64,000 nucleotides of DNA from Felis catus (lineage: Eukaryota): contig NC_058368.1 in the NCBI RefSeq assembly GCF_018350175.1, positions 105,526,001-105,590,000 on the forward strand, written 5' to 3'. The notes under the pieces were generated by a model, which was not told the origin of the DNA, did no database searches, and was given only the letters and a program-made list of their open reading frames with translations. The position numbers were made by a program, and so were the translations under genes. Shown here piece after piece: positions 15,453 to 29,260 of this stretch (position 1 is its first letter; each line of letters opens with the position of its first letter).

Positions 15453-15685
15453 TTTATTTTTTTATTTTAATTTTTTTTTCAACGTTTTTTATTTATTTTT
15501 GGGACAGAGAGAGACAGAGCATGAACGGGGGAGGGGCAGAGAGAGAGGGAGACACAGAATCGGAAACAGGCTCCAGGCTCTGAGCCATCAGCCCAGAGCC
15601 CGACGCGGGGCTCGAACCCATGGACCGCGAGATCGTGACCTGGCTGAAGTCGGACGCTTAACCGACTGCGCCACCCAGGCGCCCC
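15453..15685 (-). mobile_element. Young felid Can-SINE (SINEC_Fc-type)
   Basis: Perfect 16-bp TSD acttcaacacatttta (15437-15452 and 15686-15701); CpGs intact; 84 nt downstream of the exon 13 donor. Confidence 0.97.
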
Positions 15686-16229
15686 ACTTCAACACATTTT
15701 AAAAGATGGTGTTGTGAGTGATTAACCCATTAATGCTCAGTCCACCTTTACTCTAGAGTCAAGTTAAGTGAGTCTTCAAAGATCTCTTTGTCATGAAGTT
15801 TACTGGTAGTTTACTGTTTCTTAGAACCATTTAAGATAGCATTGATCTCCAATTCTGACTAATACTATGAAAGAATTATTTTCTCCCTGTTTTTATTATT
15901 TATTTAACTGCTTTCCATTTAAGTTCTAAGAACATGGTTATGATAAAGCTAACATGCCCAGAAAAATATTTTTAACACAGTAAGTTCTGTGGAGTTCTGT
16001 TTTAAATGGTCTCTGGGAACTGAAAAACTGCCCCATATGCTTTCATTGAGGACTTTTTATTGTAAACCATAACAACAGCTGGACATCAGGGAAAGAATGA
16101 AGGAACAAAGGCAATTTTCCTTCTAAGGGTCTCAAATTCTCTCAGAATAGGGAAGATAAAGTATGGAAGTTGGGACACACACATCTTAGCTTCAGTCTTT
16201 CCTTTAAGAATATAAATTTTAGAGATGGG

Positions 16230-16450
16230 TATGTGTGGTTGTAAAAGGATAACACAAGGGATGCTTATATTGGACTGTTCTTTGTCTTTACTGTATTAAT
16301 ATCAGTATCTTAGTTGTGTTGTTGTGTGATTTTGCAAGGTGTTGTCATTGCGGGAAACTTAGGTAAAAAGTCCCCAGAATTTCTCTGGATTCTTTCTCAC
16401 AACTTTGTGGGAATCTGCAATGATTTCACAATTAAAAGTTTAATTTAAGA
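16230..16450 (+). mobile_element. Old L1 (L1MC/MD-like) 3' end
   Basis: ...tttgcaaggtgttgtcattgcgggaaac...ggtaaaaag...tttctcacaact...gaatct...aattaaaagtt pattern. Confidence 0.55.
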
Positions 16451-17014
16451 AAAGAATATGAAATTTATTGAAATGATTTTTAAATAATATTTTTGGCTAT
16501 GGAATGAAAATTTGAAAACATGGTCTTGAGCATTTTTTTATAGTGAACTTAATTTATAAATACTTCATCAAATGGGAAGATAAGTTTCTACACCCAACTG
16601 TTAATTTTTCTAGCAAGTAGATGAATTAAGTTTTCCAGAAAATTTTGTTTGAACTCTTTTGTATATGCATTAGAATATGCATATGTTTCATGGTAAAATC
16701 CAAAACCTAAAGCCACACTTGTAAAGAATCAACTTAAAACTTCCTCTCAATCTTTTGTAGTTTTTTTGTATTCACTAAGATAGGTTGATGCATAGAATAA
16801 AGTAGAATTAAATACATGTGCTTTCTTCATGGCCTTCAAAAATTGTGAAAGTTCATTGTGCTCAGTAATGCTCCATGAATCTACTTTTACATGTTAGCCT
16901 TATACTGAATATTTAAAGCAACCACAAAGAAAGTTATTTTGTGCACACATATGTTCCATTGTCTAAAGCACATAAGGTATTTCACTGACTTTTATGTATC
17001 TGTTTTGTTTGTAA

Positions 17015-17179
<165 letters not shown>

Positions 17180-18460
17180 TAGTACTCTTTTATTATTGTT
17201 TCAAGCCACAAGACACTTCGAAGTTCTTTGTTACTTTTCCTGTCTAAGCTTCATCTTCTGTGTACTTGAAAGGTGCTTTGTGTAAAACCTAAAATACTTC
17301 TCATTTCCAGATATATGTAGTCTTAGTGAAATAATTACCACAAGACTTTTTATTCTATGTAATTTCATACTTGCTCATAAATTTAACTAATCCTACTTAC
17401 AGAAAAATGACACATTTGTATTACTAACATTTGGGTGACCCTCAATGTATTTTAAAATTTTCCTTGGAAGGATTAGACTTCGTAGAATAGCTCTTGTAAT
17501 AGCTGTTAGCCTAATAAGCATATGTGTTAGTACTGTGGTCTTAGCACCTGTTGGAGTAAATTGCACGGAATGGACGGTATATTAGAAAGATGTGGTATCT
17601 TTCCGTTAGTTCACCATATAGCAGGGAACATTTGACAAACATGTTCTAACTGGGGTTAAAGATTTCCCAGAACGTGTCGTGTTGGTAACTCTTGGGTGTA
17701 TCTCTACATAAGATGATGATCCTTAGGTGTATTGGGATTGGTCCAGTGTAGTGTGGTAACTGTAACACTGAGGGAGGAGCCAGTGAGAAAAGTTTGACAA
17801 GTTTTGGCCCCATTTGACTAAGTTAGGAAGAAATGCAAGAGTAGCTGCACTGTCGTCATCTGAAACTGTGAGGAAGCATTTTGCGATCCAGATATGATGC
17901 AGGGAGGTTTTGGATTAGAGTGCTGGCTTTAGAAATGAAATGGACAAAGAAGGTAATGTTTTAGCCATCTTAGAAACAATTATTTCTCTAAAATAACAAA
18001 TTTCTAAAGTCCTATTTAGTGTCCAGGCTGTTTACTCAATGCAGAGTGTGAAATTTTCCTGTTCCAATAACAAACTATTAAGTTCTATGAATGGTAATTT
18101 CACAGTTTTGAAATCTTTCCATCAGAGATCAGCCTCTTTCCCAGTAGGCCTCTGGCTATATAAACAATAATCTTAAAATTATTTGTGGAACTTTGTTGAG
18201 TTGCATGCACAGCGTGTCTCTAGCCCCATCACTTTAGTCTTTTCTGAACTGTACTTGTTCTTTAAATGCAGTTCCAGTTCAGATTAGTATTATCACAGTG
18301 TCATGCCATGCACTTGAACTCTTGAGCATTGTCAGTACATTGGTTTATTTTAGCATTTGTTTTTTTAAACAGAGCATCGTTTACTTCTCTGTGCCTCAAA
18401 CTGGTTCTTGATCGTTGGTTAATACTGGTGTGTTGCTGTGTGTACCCTGTCTTCCCACAG

Positions 18461-18560
18461 ACGTGAACTGGGGATCCTCTACACAAGCTCTGACTTACCT
18501 AAATGCTCTGCAACATTCGATTCGTCTTTCAGGGGTGGAAGACCACGTGAAAAACTTCAG
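18461..18560 (+). CDS. SLC12A2: NKCC1 exon 15, 100 nt
   Basis: ccacag|ACGTGA...CTTCAG|gtaagc; (D)[32 protein letters not shown](R). Confidence 0.98.
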
Positions 18561-20807
18561 GTAAGCGGTAAGGTGACATAGAAGCATCTGTGTTAGGTGC
18601 CACTCACTTCTTGACTTACTGTTCGGTAACATTTTCATCTGCTGATATTTCTTGCAAAGTTTCCTAAAAGCACAGAATATTCGTTTTTGTTTTGGCTGGA
18701 CTTTGGATGGGCCATGTGTTCAAAAACCAGGGTAGTAAGATTTTTTGGTTATCAAAAATTGATAAAGAGGTGAATTATCTGATTTACAAAAATGTTACAA
18801 AACTAAAAGTGTCAGAAGTCTCTCATTTGAAGGCTTTTAAATGGTAGCTGTCATAAAGTGAATAGTTTCTTCCCCTTGTGGCCAGCGAAGTTCAGTAACC
18901 ACTGTACAACTACAAAGTATGAGCTTCTTAGGGATTTTTGACATACCCTATTTTGTAATTATACTAAAGCACTAACTATTTTCATGTTAGTTGCTTTTTT
19001 CTCATCATTGACTTCTGGAATCCAGTTTTGATGATAAAGAATCAATGTCTTAAAGAACATTTATACTCTTTTACTCAATAAGTGACTTTGTATTTTATAG
19101 TAGTGTATTAATCATCAATTTAAAAACTATTCCTTAAAAAATAAAAATCTATTCCTTAATTCAGCCTGCTACTAACAATTGATGGAATTCAGTTATTAAA
19201 GTGCTACTGATACATATCCCTCTAAATCAAGAAATCTCATTATTTCCCTATGTGGATTCTTAGAAATTATAGATTTTGCATTTTGTGGAAAGTAGGCTTG
19301 CCATTTTTTTAAAAATTGATCTAAATAGTCTTATACTGTTCAGTTAAGCCTGGCTGTAAGCAGTTGACTTTCTGTATTCATGAGTAATCACATCTCAGTG
19401 GCTTCTGAATAATGAAGAGATGTGTTCCATGCCTGTCAATAAACCAAAAGGGGAAATACTGTTGAAAGAAATCCTAAGGAGTGAATGAGTGACAGAAAAG
19501 AATTGCTCTACCAGTTTTCTCCCAGTAAGAAAAGTCTTTATGTATTTTTCTGTTACTTTTTGGATCCTGCCCCCCATCTCTTTTTTTCTAGAATGAAAAG
19601 TTTCCAGAGACCACAGATGTTCAGCTTTGGAGTAGAGAGAAATTGGGAAAAGAAAAAGCAATGAGAGCCCTGGGCGGAAAACTTTAATTTTAGTGCATTT
19701 TGAATAGTTGATGCCAAGTATGGCTGAAAATAGAAATCCTCCCTTTGTGTAAAAAATTGTATTACGGAACTGAGAGTATGACCAAGACTCAGAGTGAATT
19801 TGCCATCAATGAATACCTTTTGCTTTGCTTTGTTATACTAATGGGAACATTGAAAAGATGTATTTTATTCCAGTATGGCTTCTTAAATCTTTATCAGAAT
19901 TACCCATGAACATAGTTGAGAGAAACAGAAGAAAATCATGAAAATCCATAGTTGGCTGACTTTTCATGTCCCTGTTTGTGTCATACCACAGGCAACCTCT
20001 TTCAACTCTTAGCTGATTGATTTAGTAATTACTTGATATTCCCCAACATTAGAGTTGTCTTGCTGTACTTTTTGATTTTTAATTTAACTTTAATTAAATT
20101 TAATTGACGTCCTTCACCCACATGTGCCCACCACACACATGCACTCTTCCCTTTGTCCCATCCTCACAATATATTTTTATGTCATTATTTTGATTAGGTT
20201 TTTATATTTTTATGACTTTTTAAAATGATTCATAGCTGAGCCACGTGGTAATTATGACTCCTTTTTCTTTCCTTGTACAGCTTTCTTGTTTTCTCTGGAA
20301 CCAATTTTTTTCCTTTTCTTTTCTTATTTAATTTTATACATATCACTGTCTCAGCCTTCACCAAACTTAGCTAAAGATGTGGTTTTCTCCACCTTGTAGT
20401 TTCTGTTTCTTGAAATGTCTTTCTCTCTGTTTCCTGTCTTTTAGCTTGGGTGCTTAGATTTAGCCTTGTGTGAAGTAACTGTGGTCCTTGGCCAGGGAAA
20501 TTCTGCATTGGTGCTTGGAGTTTGTCATTGAAGCCCTTAATGGAGATGAATGTGGCTTTGCTGGTTCTTTGAGAAATTTAAGTCATCTTGAAGATTGTTT
20601 TTTTTGCAATTAGATTTCACAGAAAGGAATCTTTTAATTTTTTGCTTGTTGATGACAGTCGTGGCTACTGAGTTCTGAGAGTCAAGTGGGAGAGGAGATT
20701 GAAGGTCTCAGGATTCAGTATGTAAATGTTTTCTCCATTCCTCCCCTGATTAAAGTAGCTGCTTCTGCTCTCAGTTGTTGCTAGTGTGTCACAGACCAAA
20801 AATGTTT

Positions 20808-21625
20808 TCATTAAAGTATAGTTGACATATAATATTAAATTAGTTTTAGGGATGCCTGGCTGCCTCAGTTGTTAGAGCGTGCAGCTCTCGATCTCGGGGT
20901 CATTCATCAGTTCAAGCCTTGTGTTGGGTGTAGAGCTTACTTAAAATAAATAAAATTTAAAACTTACTTAAATTCTAAAGTTATAGGTAGACTACATAGT
21001 GATTTAACAATTATACACATCATGAAATGCTTGTCATGATAAGTATATTACAGTATTTTTGACTATTCCCAATGATACACTTTTCATCCCCAAGACTTGA
21101 AACTGGAAGTTTTATACCTCTTAATCTCCTTAACCCATTTTGCTCATCCCCCCAATCCCCTCCACTTTGGTGGCCATCAGTTTGTTTATATTTATGAGTC
21201 TGTTTTTCTTTTTGTTCTTGTTTTATTGATTTCTTCTCTCTATTTGTGAGTCTTTTCATCTCTTTCTTGTTCGTTTTCTCTTTTGGTTTTTATACTCCAC
21301 ATGTATGTGAAATCATGTGGTATTGGTCTTTCCCTGTCTGGCTTAACTCCCTTAGTATAATATCTTCTAGGTTCATTCATGTTGTCACAATGGCAAGATT
21401 TCATTATTTTTTACGGCCAAGTAATATTCTGTTGTATATATACCATGTATTCTTTATTTATTCATCTGTCACTGGACACTTAGGTTGCCTCCATATCTTG
21501 ACTCATGTAAAACACCAGTGCGTGAGGGGTGCCTTTTCTCCACATCCTCACCAACACTTACTTCTTGTCTTTTTGGTAAGAGCCATTGTGAGTGTTATGA
21601 ATTGATACCTCATTGTGGTTTTGAG
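20808..21625 (-). mobile_element. L1 3' fragment (L1MA9/L1_Carn-like) interrupted by a short tRNA-derived SINE at ~20849-20960 (+)
   Basis: aagtatagttgacatataat... 3'UTR pattern followed by ORF2 C-terminal sequence (tctccacatcctcaccaacac...cattgtggttttga). Confidence 0.8.
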
Positions 21626-23578
21626 CCCCTTTTTAGCAAATAAGCCTTAGCCTGGCAGGATTGGGGAAGGACACAGAAATGTATTCATGATGGTAATGAA
21701 GATGATTTGGTTCTTTCTAGTTGTTTCTTATGCAAATTTGCAACCAGTGCTTCTTACTTCAGTTTCTTTAATACATGGTTCGTGCCACTTCCAGAGGCAC
21801 TCACTGCCTCTAACTTGTAGGCACTGGTGATTTTTAGGTGTCAAATCAGGTAGCTTCACAGCTTTCTCTTAGGCTTTAGGATTTAGCCTCTTCCTAATAT
21901 GGGGCCTATCTTTTGTTGTTTTTTCCCTCTCCTTTCTAGCTTTCAGTATCTCCATACTACTGTGTTTTCTCCTGTTCCTTTTTTTTTTTTCCCTTAAAAA
22001 TCCCTTTATACAATGGACTGTTTTGAGGAAGGAATTAAAACAAAGGTAGATGTTTGCCCTCTGTCATTGTTACTCAGTCTCATCCCTAATATATTTTGTA
22101 TTCTGCTTTTTTGATGCTTTTATGATACAACTATACTGAAGTAAGCCTTTGTGGTATATTTACCATGTAGTGAAGATAGGGGCTACCAGTTCTTGAACTG
22201 CAACTCTAGATTATGTTAGAGTGTAGGTTAAACTACAGTTAAGGAAAGTTGGTAAATAGAGTGGTTACATAAGACAAGCATCCATATTACGTGGTAGTCC
22301 AGAGGCAGATGGATCGTTCATGGCAGGCAGATTTGCTGCACTTGGTCACTCAGGTCCCACATTCTTTGTATCTTGTCAGTCTGCTGTTTCCTAGGAGGTG
22401 TTTTCGTCCATGTGGTCAGAGTCATCAGCACATCCATGGTGTGGCTTACAGGAAAGGGAAACAAAGTATGGAGGGCAGCCAGCTTCCTTATATGGGCTGT
22501 AAGCCACTCACAGGGTCAGTGGTAAGCTACCAGGAAGGACAGGAATTGTGTAATTTCTAGCTGAGGAGCTTTTTAACCTGCTAAAGCTCAGATAGACTGA
22601 ACTATTAGCAATCTGGGCCGTATAGGCTGATTTCTTGTTTGATCACTCCAACGCCTTCTCCCAGACAGAATTGGTTTTTTCAGATAGCTTGCTAAAATTC
22701 TGAATACGTTAGTTATTTTGGTTTGCTTTGGTTTTTGTAGTCTTTATTCAAGTTCTCATGCTTACTTTATGAAGTTAGGAACTACCCTACCAATTTAGTG
22801 ATTATGTCAGAAATTTTAGTCTATTTCCTTTTTCTTAACGTTTGTTTTAATCATATAAATTCTTGTTTTAAAGAATCTTTGCTAATGTTTGAATTTATAA
22901 AATGGATACTTAAATATTTTTACATTAAATAACATTGATTTCCATTTCTTTTCAGTTAAAATAAAGAATTAAGAATATATGAAAGTCATGCCACTATTTT
23001 GTGTTTACAAGGGCAGTTGAATTTAAGTTTGATTTCCACCATAATTTAGAATCAAAACTTTTACTTCAAATAGAAACCTTCAAATCAACCATAGATGATT
23101 TTACTGATAGAACAGCCGTCATTAAAAGTAAGCTAGATTAGATAGGGCTGATATTACGAAGTAGAAATCATTATGATAGGATCAAGCTAAGAAGGAAGAT
23201 GACCTGTTTTGTACATGAAAAGAAGGCCAAGCTCTTAGGAAGTTTTGGAACTCTGAAAAAACTGGGATGTTTATTACCTTTACAAGTAAAAAATTGTTAC
23301 ATATATATATATATATTTTTTAAAGGAGTGATTCATTTTCTTTTTTAGATGATTTTTTTTAATGTGAAATTTATTGTCAAATTGGTTTCCATACAACACC
23401 CAGTGCTCATCCCAAAAGGTGCCCTCCTCAATACCTATTACCCACCCTCCCCTCCTTCCCACCCCCCATCAACCCTCAGTTTGTTCTCATTTTTTAAGAG
23501 TCTCATATGCTTTGGCTCTCTCCCTAACCTGTTTTTTTTTTTTTTCTTCCCCTCCCCCATGGTCTTCTGTTAAGTTTC

Positions 23579-26500
23579 TCAGGATCCACACAGGAGTGAA
23601 AGCATATGGAATCTGTCCTTCTCTGTATGACTTATTTCACTGAGCGTAACACTCTCCAGTTCCATCCACGTTGCTACAAAGGACCATATTTCATTCTTTC
23701 TCATTGCCACTTAGTATTCCATTGTGTATATAAACCACAATTTCTTTATCCATTCGTCAGTTGATAGACATTTAGGCTCTTTCCATAGTTTAGCTGTTGT
23801 TGAGAGTGTTGCTATAAACATTGGGGTACAAGTGCCCCTATGCATCATTACTCCTGTATCCCTTGGGTAAATTCCTAGTAGTGCTACTGCTGGGTCATAG
23901 GGTAAGTCTATTTTTAATTTTTTGAGGAACCTCCACACTGTTTTCCAGAGCGGCTGCACCAGTTTGTATTCCCACCACCAATGCAATAGGGTTCCCGTTT
24001 CTCCACATCCTCGCCAGCATCTGTAGTCTCCTGATTTGTTCATTTTGGCGACCCTGACTGGCGTGAGGTGATAGAATATGAGTGTGGTTTTGATTTGTAT
24101 TTCCCTGATGAGGAGCGACGTTGAGCATCTTTTCATGTGCCTGTTGGCCATCTGGATGTCTTCTTCAGAGAAGTGTCTATTCATGTTTTCTGCCCATTTC
24201 TTCACTGGATTATTTGTCTTTCGGGTGTGGAGTTTGGTGAGCTTTTTGTAGATTTTGGATACTAGCCCTTTGTCCGATATGTCATTTGCGAATATCTTTT
24301 CCCATTCCGTTGGTTGCCTTTTAGTTTTGTTGGTTGTGTCCTTTGCAGTGCAGAAGCTTTTTATCTTCATAAGGTCCCAGTAGTTCATTTTTGCTTTTAA
24401 TTCCCTTGCCTTTGGGGATGTGTCAAGTAAGAAATAGCTGCGGCTAAGGTCAGAAAAGTCTTTTCCTGTTTTCTTCTCTAGGGTTTTGATGGTTTCCCAT
24501 CTCACATTCAGGTCCTTTATCCATTTTGAGTTTGTTTTTGTGAATGGTGTGAGCAAGTGGTCTAGTTTCAACCTTCTGCATGTTGCTGTCCAGTTCTCCC
24601 AGCACCATTTGTTAAAGAGACTCTCTTTTTTCCATTGGATATTCTTTCCTGCTTTGTCAAAGATTAGTTGGCCATACTTTTGTGGGTCTAGTTCTGGGGT
24701 TTCTATTCTATTCCATTGGTCTATGTGTCTGTTTTTAGGCCAATACCATGCTGTCTTGATGATTATTACAGCTTTATAGTAGAGACTAAAGTCTGCGATT
24801 GTGATGCCTCCCTTGGTCTTCTTCTTCAAAATTACTTTGGCTATTCGGGGTCTTTTGTGGTTCCATACAAATTTTAGGATTGCTTCTTCTAGCTTTGAGA
24901 AAAATGCTGGTGCAATTTTGATTGGGATTGCATTGAATGTGTAGATAGCTTTGGGTACTATTGACATTTTGACAATATTTCTTCTTCCAATCCATGAGCA
25001 CGGAATGTTTTTCCATTTCTTTATATCTTCTTCAATTTTCTTCATAAGCTTTCTATAGTTTTCAGCATACAGATCATTGACATCTTTGGTTAGGTTTATT
25101 CCTAGGTATTTTATGCTTCTTGGTACAATTGTGAATGGGATCAGTTTCTTTATTTGTCTTTCTGTTGCTTCATTATTAGTGTATAAGAGTGCAACTGATT
25201 TCTGTATGTTGATTTTTTATCCTGCGACTGCTGAATTCATGTATCAGTTCTAGCAGACTTTTGGTGGAGTCTGTTGGATTTTCCATGTATAATATCATGT
25301 CATCTACAAAAAGTGAAAGCTTAACTTCATCTTTGCCAATTTTGATGCCTTTGATCTCCTTTTGTTGTCTGATTGCTGATGATAGAACTTCCAACACTAT
25401 GTTAAACAACAGCGGTGAGAGTGGACATCCCTGTCGTGTTCTTGATCTCAGGGAGAAAGCTCTCAGTTTTTCCCCATTGAGGATGATATTAGCTGTGGGC
25501 TTTTCATAAATGGCTTTTATGATGTTTAAGTATGTTCCTTCTATCCCAACTTTCTCAAGGGTTTTTATTAAGAAAGAATGCTGAATTTTGTCAAATGCTT
25601 TTTCTGCATCGATTGACAGGATCATATGGTTCTTATCTTTTCTTTTATTAATGTGATGTATCACATTGATTGATTGGTGAATGTTGAACCAGCCCTGCAG
25701 CCCAGGAATGAATCCCACTTGATCATGGTGAATAATTTTTTTTATATGCTGTTGAATTCGATTTGCTAGTATCTTATTGAGAATTTTTGCATCCATATTC
25801 ATCAGGGATATTGGCCTGTAGTTCTCTTTTGTTACTGGGTCTCTGGTTTAGGAATCAAAGTAATGCTGGCTTCATAGAATGAATCTGGAAGTTTTCCTTC
25901 CCTTTCTATTTTTTGGAATAGCTTGAGAAGGATAGGTAGTATCTCTGCTTTAAATGTCTGATAAACTTCCCCAGGGAAGCCATCTGGTCCTGGACTCCTA
26001 TTTGTTGGGAGATTTTTGATAACTGATCCAATTTCTCCACTGGTTATGGGGTCTGTTCAAGCTTTCTATTTCTTCCTGTTTGAGTTTTGGAAGTGTGTGG
26101 GTGTTTAGGAATTTGTCCATTTCTTCCAGGTTGTCCAGTTTGTTGGCATATAATTTTTCATAGTATTCCCTGATAATTGCTTGTATTTCTGAGGGATTGA
26201 TTGTAATAATTCCATTTTCATTCATAATTTTATCTATTTAGGTCCTCTCCCTTTTCTTTTTGAGAAGCCTGGCTAGAGGTTTATCAATTTTATTTATTTT
26301 TTCAAAAAACCAACTCTTGGTTTCATTGATCTGCTCTACAGTTTTTTTTTAGATTCTATATTGTTTATTTCTGCTCTGATCTTTATTATTTCTTTTCTTC
26401 TGCTGGGTTTGGGGTGTCTTTGCTGTTCTGCTTCTATTTCCTTTAGGTGTGTTGTTAGATTTCGTATTTGGGATTTTTCTTGTTTCTGGACATAGGCCTG

Positions 26501-27403
26501 GATTGCAATGTATTTTCCTCTCAGGACTGCCTTTGCTGCATCCCAAAGCATTTGGATTGTTGTATTTTCATTTTCCCTTGTTTCCATATATTTTTAAATT
26601 TCTTCTCTAATTGCCTGGTTGATCCATTCACTCTTTAGTAGGGTGTTCTTTAACCTCCATGCTTTTGGAGGTTTTCCAGACTTTTTCCTGTAATTGATTT
26701 CAAGCTTCATAGCATTGTGGTCTGAAAGTATGCATGGTATGATCTCAACTCTTGTATACTTATGAAGGGCTGTTTTGTGACCCAGTATGTGATCTCTCTT
26801 AGAGAATGTTCCATGTGCACTCGAGAAGAAAGTATATTCTGTTGCTTTGGGATGCAGAGTTCTAAATATATCTGTCAAGTCCATCTGATCCAATGTATCA
26901 ATCAGGGCCCTTGTTTCTTTATTGATCTTATATCTAGATGTTGTATCCATTGCTGTAAGTGGGGCATTAAAGTCCCCTGCAGTGACCATATTCTTATCAA
27001 TAAGGTTGCTTATGTTTGTGATTAATTGTTTTGTATATTTGGGGGCTCCCGTTTTTGGCACATAGACATTTATAATTGTTAGCTCTTCCTGATGAATAGA
27101 CCCTGTAATTATTATATAATGCCCTTCTTCATCTCTTGTTACAGCCTTTAATTTAAAGTCTAGTTTGTCTGATATAAGTATGGCTACTCCAGGTTTCTTT
27201 TGACTTCCAGTAGCATGATAGATAGTTATCCGTCCCCTCACTTTCAATCTGAAGGTGTCCTCAGGTCTAAAATGAGTCTCTTGTAGACAGCAAATAGATA
27301 AGTCTTGTTTTTTTATCCATTCTGGTACCCTATGTCTTTCGGTTGGAGCGTTTAGTCCATTTACATTCAGTGTTTTTATTGAAAGATATGGGTTTAGAGT
27401 CAT
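23579..27403 (-). pseudogene. L1 ORF2p remnant (endonuclease, reverse transcriptase, C-terminal domain; disrupted)
   Basis: EN motifs TLNVNGLN, GDFN, SDH; RT motifs QGCPLSP and LFVDD (consensus FADD); premature stops at 26594 and 23711 and several frameshifts; CCHC motif reads LHWWW instead of LHCWW. Confidence 0.96.
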
Positions 27404-27453
27404 TGTGATGTCTGTAGGTTTCATGCTTGTGGTGATGTCTCTGGTACTTTGTC

Positions 27454-28331
27454 TCACAGGATCCCCCTTAGGATCTCTTGTAGGGCTCGTTTAGTGGTGA
27501 TGACTTCCTTCAGTTTTGTTTGTTTGGGAAGATCTTTCTCTCTCCTTCTATTCCAAATGACAGACTTGCTGGATAAAGGAATGTTGACTGCATATTTTTT
27601 CTGTTCATCACATTGAAGATTTCCTGCCATTCCTTTCTGGCCTGCCAAGTTTCAGTAGATAGATCCGTCACTAGTCTTATCCATCTCCCTTTATATGGTA
27701 GAGCACGATTATCCCTAGCTGCTTTCAGAATATTCTCTTTATCCTTGTATTTTGCCAGTTTCACTATGATATGTCATGCAGAAGATTGATTCAATTTACG
27801 TCTGAAGGGAGTTCTCTGTGCCTCTTGGATTTCAGTGCCTGTTTCCTTCCCCAGATCTGGGAAGTTCTCAGCTATGATTTCTTCAAGTACACCTTCAGCA
27901 CCTTTCTCTCTCTCTCTTCCTCCTCTGGAATCCCAATTATGCGTATATTATTATGTTTTGTCGCATCACTTCTCTAATTCTCCCCTTATACTCCTGGATA
28001 TTTTATCTTTTTCTCAGCTTCCTCTCTTTCCATAATTTTACCTTCTAATTCACCTATTCTCTCCTCTGCCTCTTCAGTCTGAACTGTGGTCACCTCCATT
28101 TTATTTTGCAGCTCATTTATAGCATTTTTTAGCTCCTCCTGTTTCTTAGTCCCTTGATCTAGCAATAGATTCTCTGCTGTCCTCTATACTTTTTTCAAGC
28201 CCAGCGATTAATTTTATGACTCTTATTTTAAGTTCATTTTCTTTTATATTGTTTAAATTGTTTTTGATCAGTTCGTTAGCTGTCGCCACTTCCTGGACTT
28301 TCTTTTGAGGAGAATTCTTCTGTTTCATCAT
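27454..28331 (-). pseudogene. L1 ORF1p remnant (frameshifted)
   Basis: Fragments MMKQKNSPQKK...IAGLEKSIEDSRES, KLAKYKDKENILKAAR...DLSTETWQARKEW and ...ALQEILRGIL* lie in different frames. Confidence 0.93.
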
Positions 28332-29260
28332 TTTGGATAGTCCCTGGAGTGGCGCGGAACTGCAGGGCTCTTCCTCTGTACTGTCTGGAGTAACTTGTGT
28401 TGGTGGGCGGGACTGCAGTCAGACCTGATGTCTGCCCCCAGCCCGCCGCTGGGGCCACAGTCAGACTGGTGTGTACCTTATCTTCCTCTGTCCCAGGGGC
28501 AGAACTCACTCTGGAGTGGTGTGGCCCCTGTCTGGGCTACTTGCACACTGCCAGGCTTGTGGTGCTGCTTCAATGGGATCTGGCGTATTAGTCGGGGTGG
28601 ATCTGCAAGGTGCACGGGGGCGGGAGGGGCAGACTCAGTTGGCTTTGCCTTCGGTGGTGTGCTTCGCGAGGGGCCCTGCAGCACCGGGAGGGAGGCAGAC
28701 CCATCGGAGTGGTGGCTCCACAGAAGCACAGCATTGGGTGTTTGCGCGGTGAAGCAAGTTCTCTGACGGGAACTGTTTCCCTTTGGGATTTTGGCTAGGG
28801 GATGGGCGAGGGAGATGGCGCTTCCCAGCTCCTTTGTTTCCCGCTGAGCTGAGCTCTGTCCTCTGGGGCTCAACAACTCTCCCTCCCGTTGTCCTCTTCT
28901 AGCCCTCTCTCTCTCGGAGCAGAGCTGTTGACTTATAACATTCCAGATGTTAAGTCCTGCTGGCTGTCAGAACTCACTCTGTCTGGCCCCTCCGCTTTTG
29001 CAAGCCAGACTTGGGGACTCTGCTTTGCCTGGCGGGCTGCCCCTCCGCCGCCCGGCTCCCTCCCGCCAGTCCGTGTAGCGCACGCCGCCCTTCCTACCCT
29101 CTTCCATGGGCCTCTTGTCTATGCTTGGCTCCGGAGAATCCGTTCTACTAGTCTTTTGTCGGTTTTCTGCGTTATTTAGGCCAATGTGGGTGGAATCTAA
29201 GTGATCGGCAGGACGTGGTGAGCCCAGCGTCCTCCTACGCCGACATCTTCCTCTGATTCC
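28332..29260 (-). promoter_or_regulatory. L1 5'UTR internal promoter region, GC/CpG-rich
   Basis: Longest GC- and CpG-rich stretch of the window, directly upstream of the ORF1 ATG. Confidence 0.75.

Larger units (their letters stand above)
23353..29260 (-). mobile_element. Full-length (~5.9 kb) carnivore/felid LINE-1, inactive, antisense in intron 15
   Basis: CpG-rich 5'UTR, ORF1 and ORF2 remnants, G-rich 3'UTR with AATAAA and short A tail at ~23353; no clean TSD found. Confidence 0.97.

Noticed and set aside
23579..28331. Active, retrotransposition-competent L1
   Set aside because: Multiple stops and frameshifts in both ORFs, and altered RT (FVDD) and CCHC motifs.
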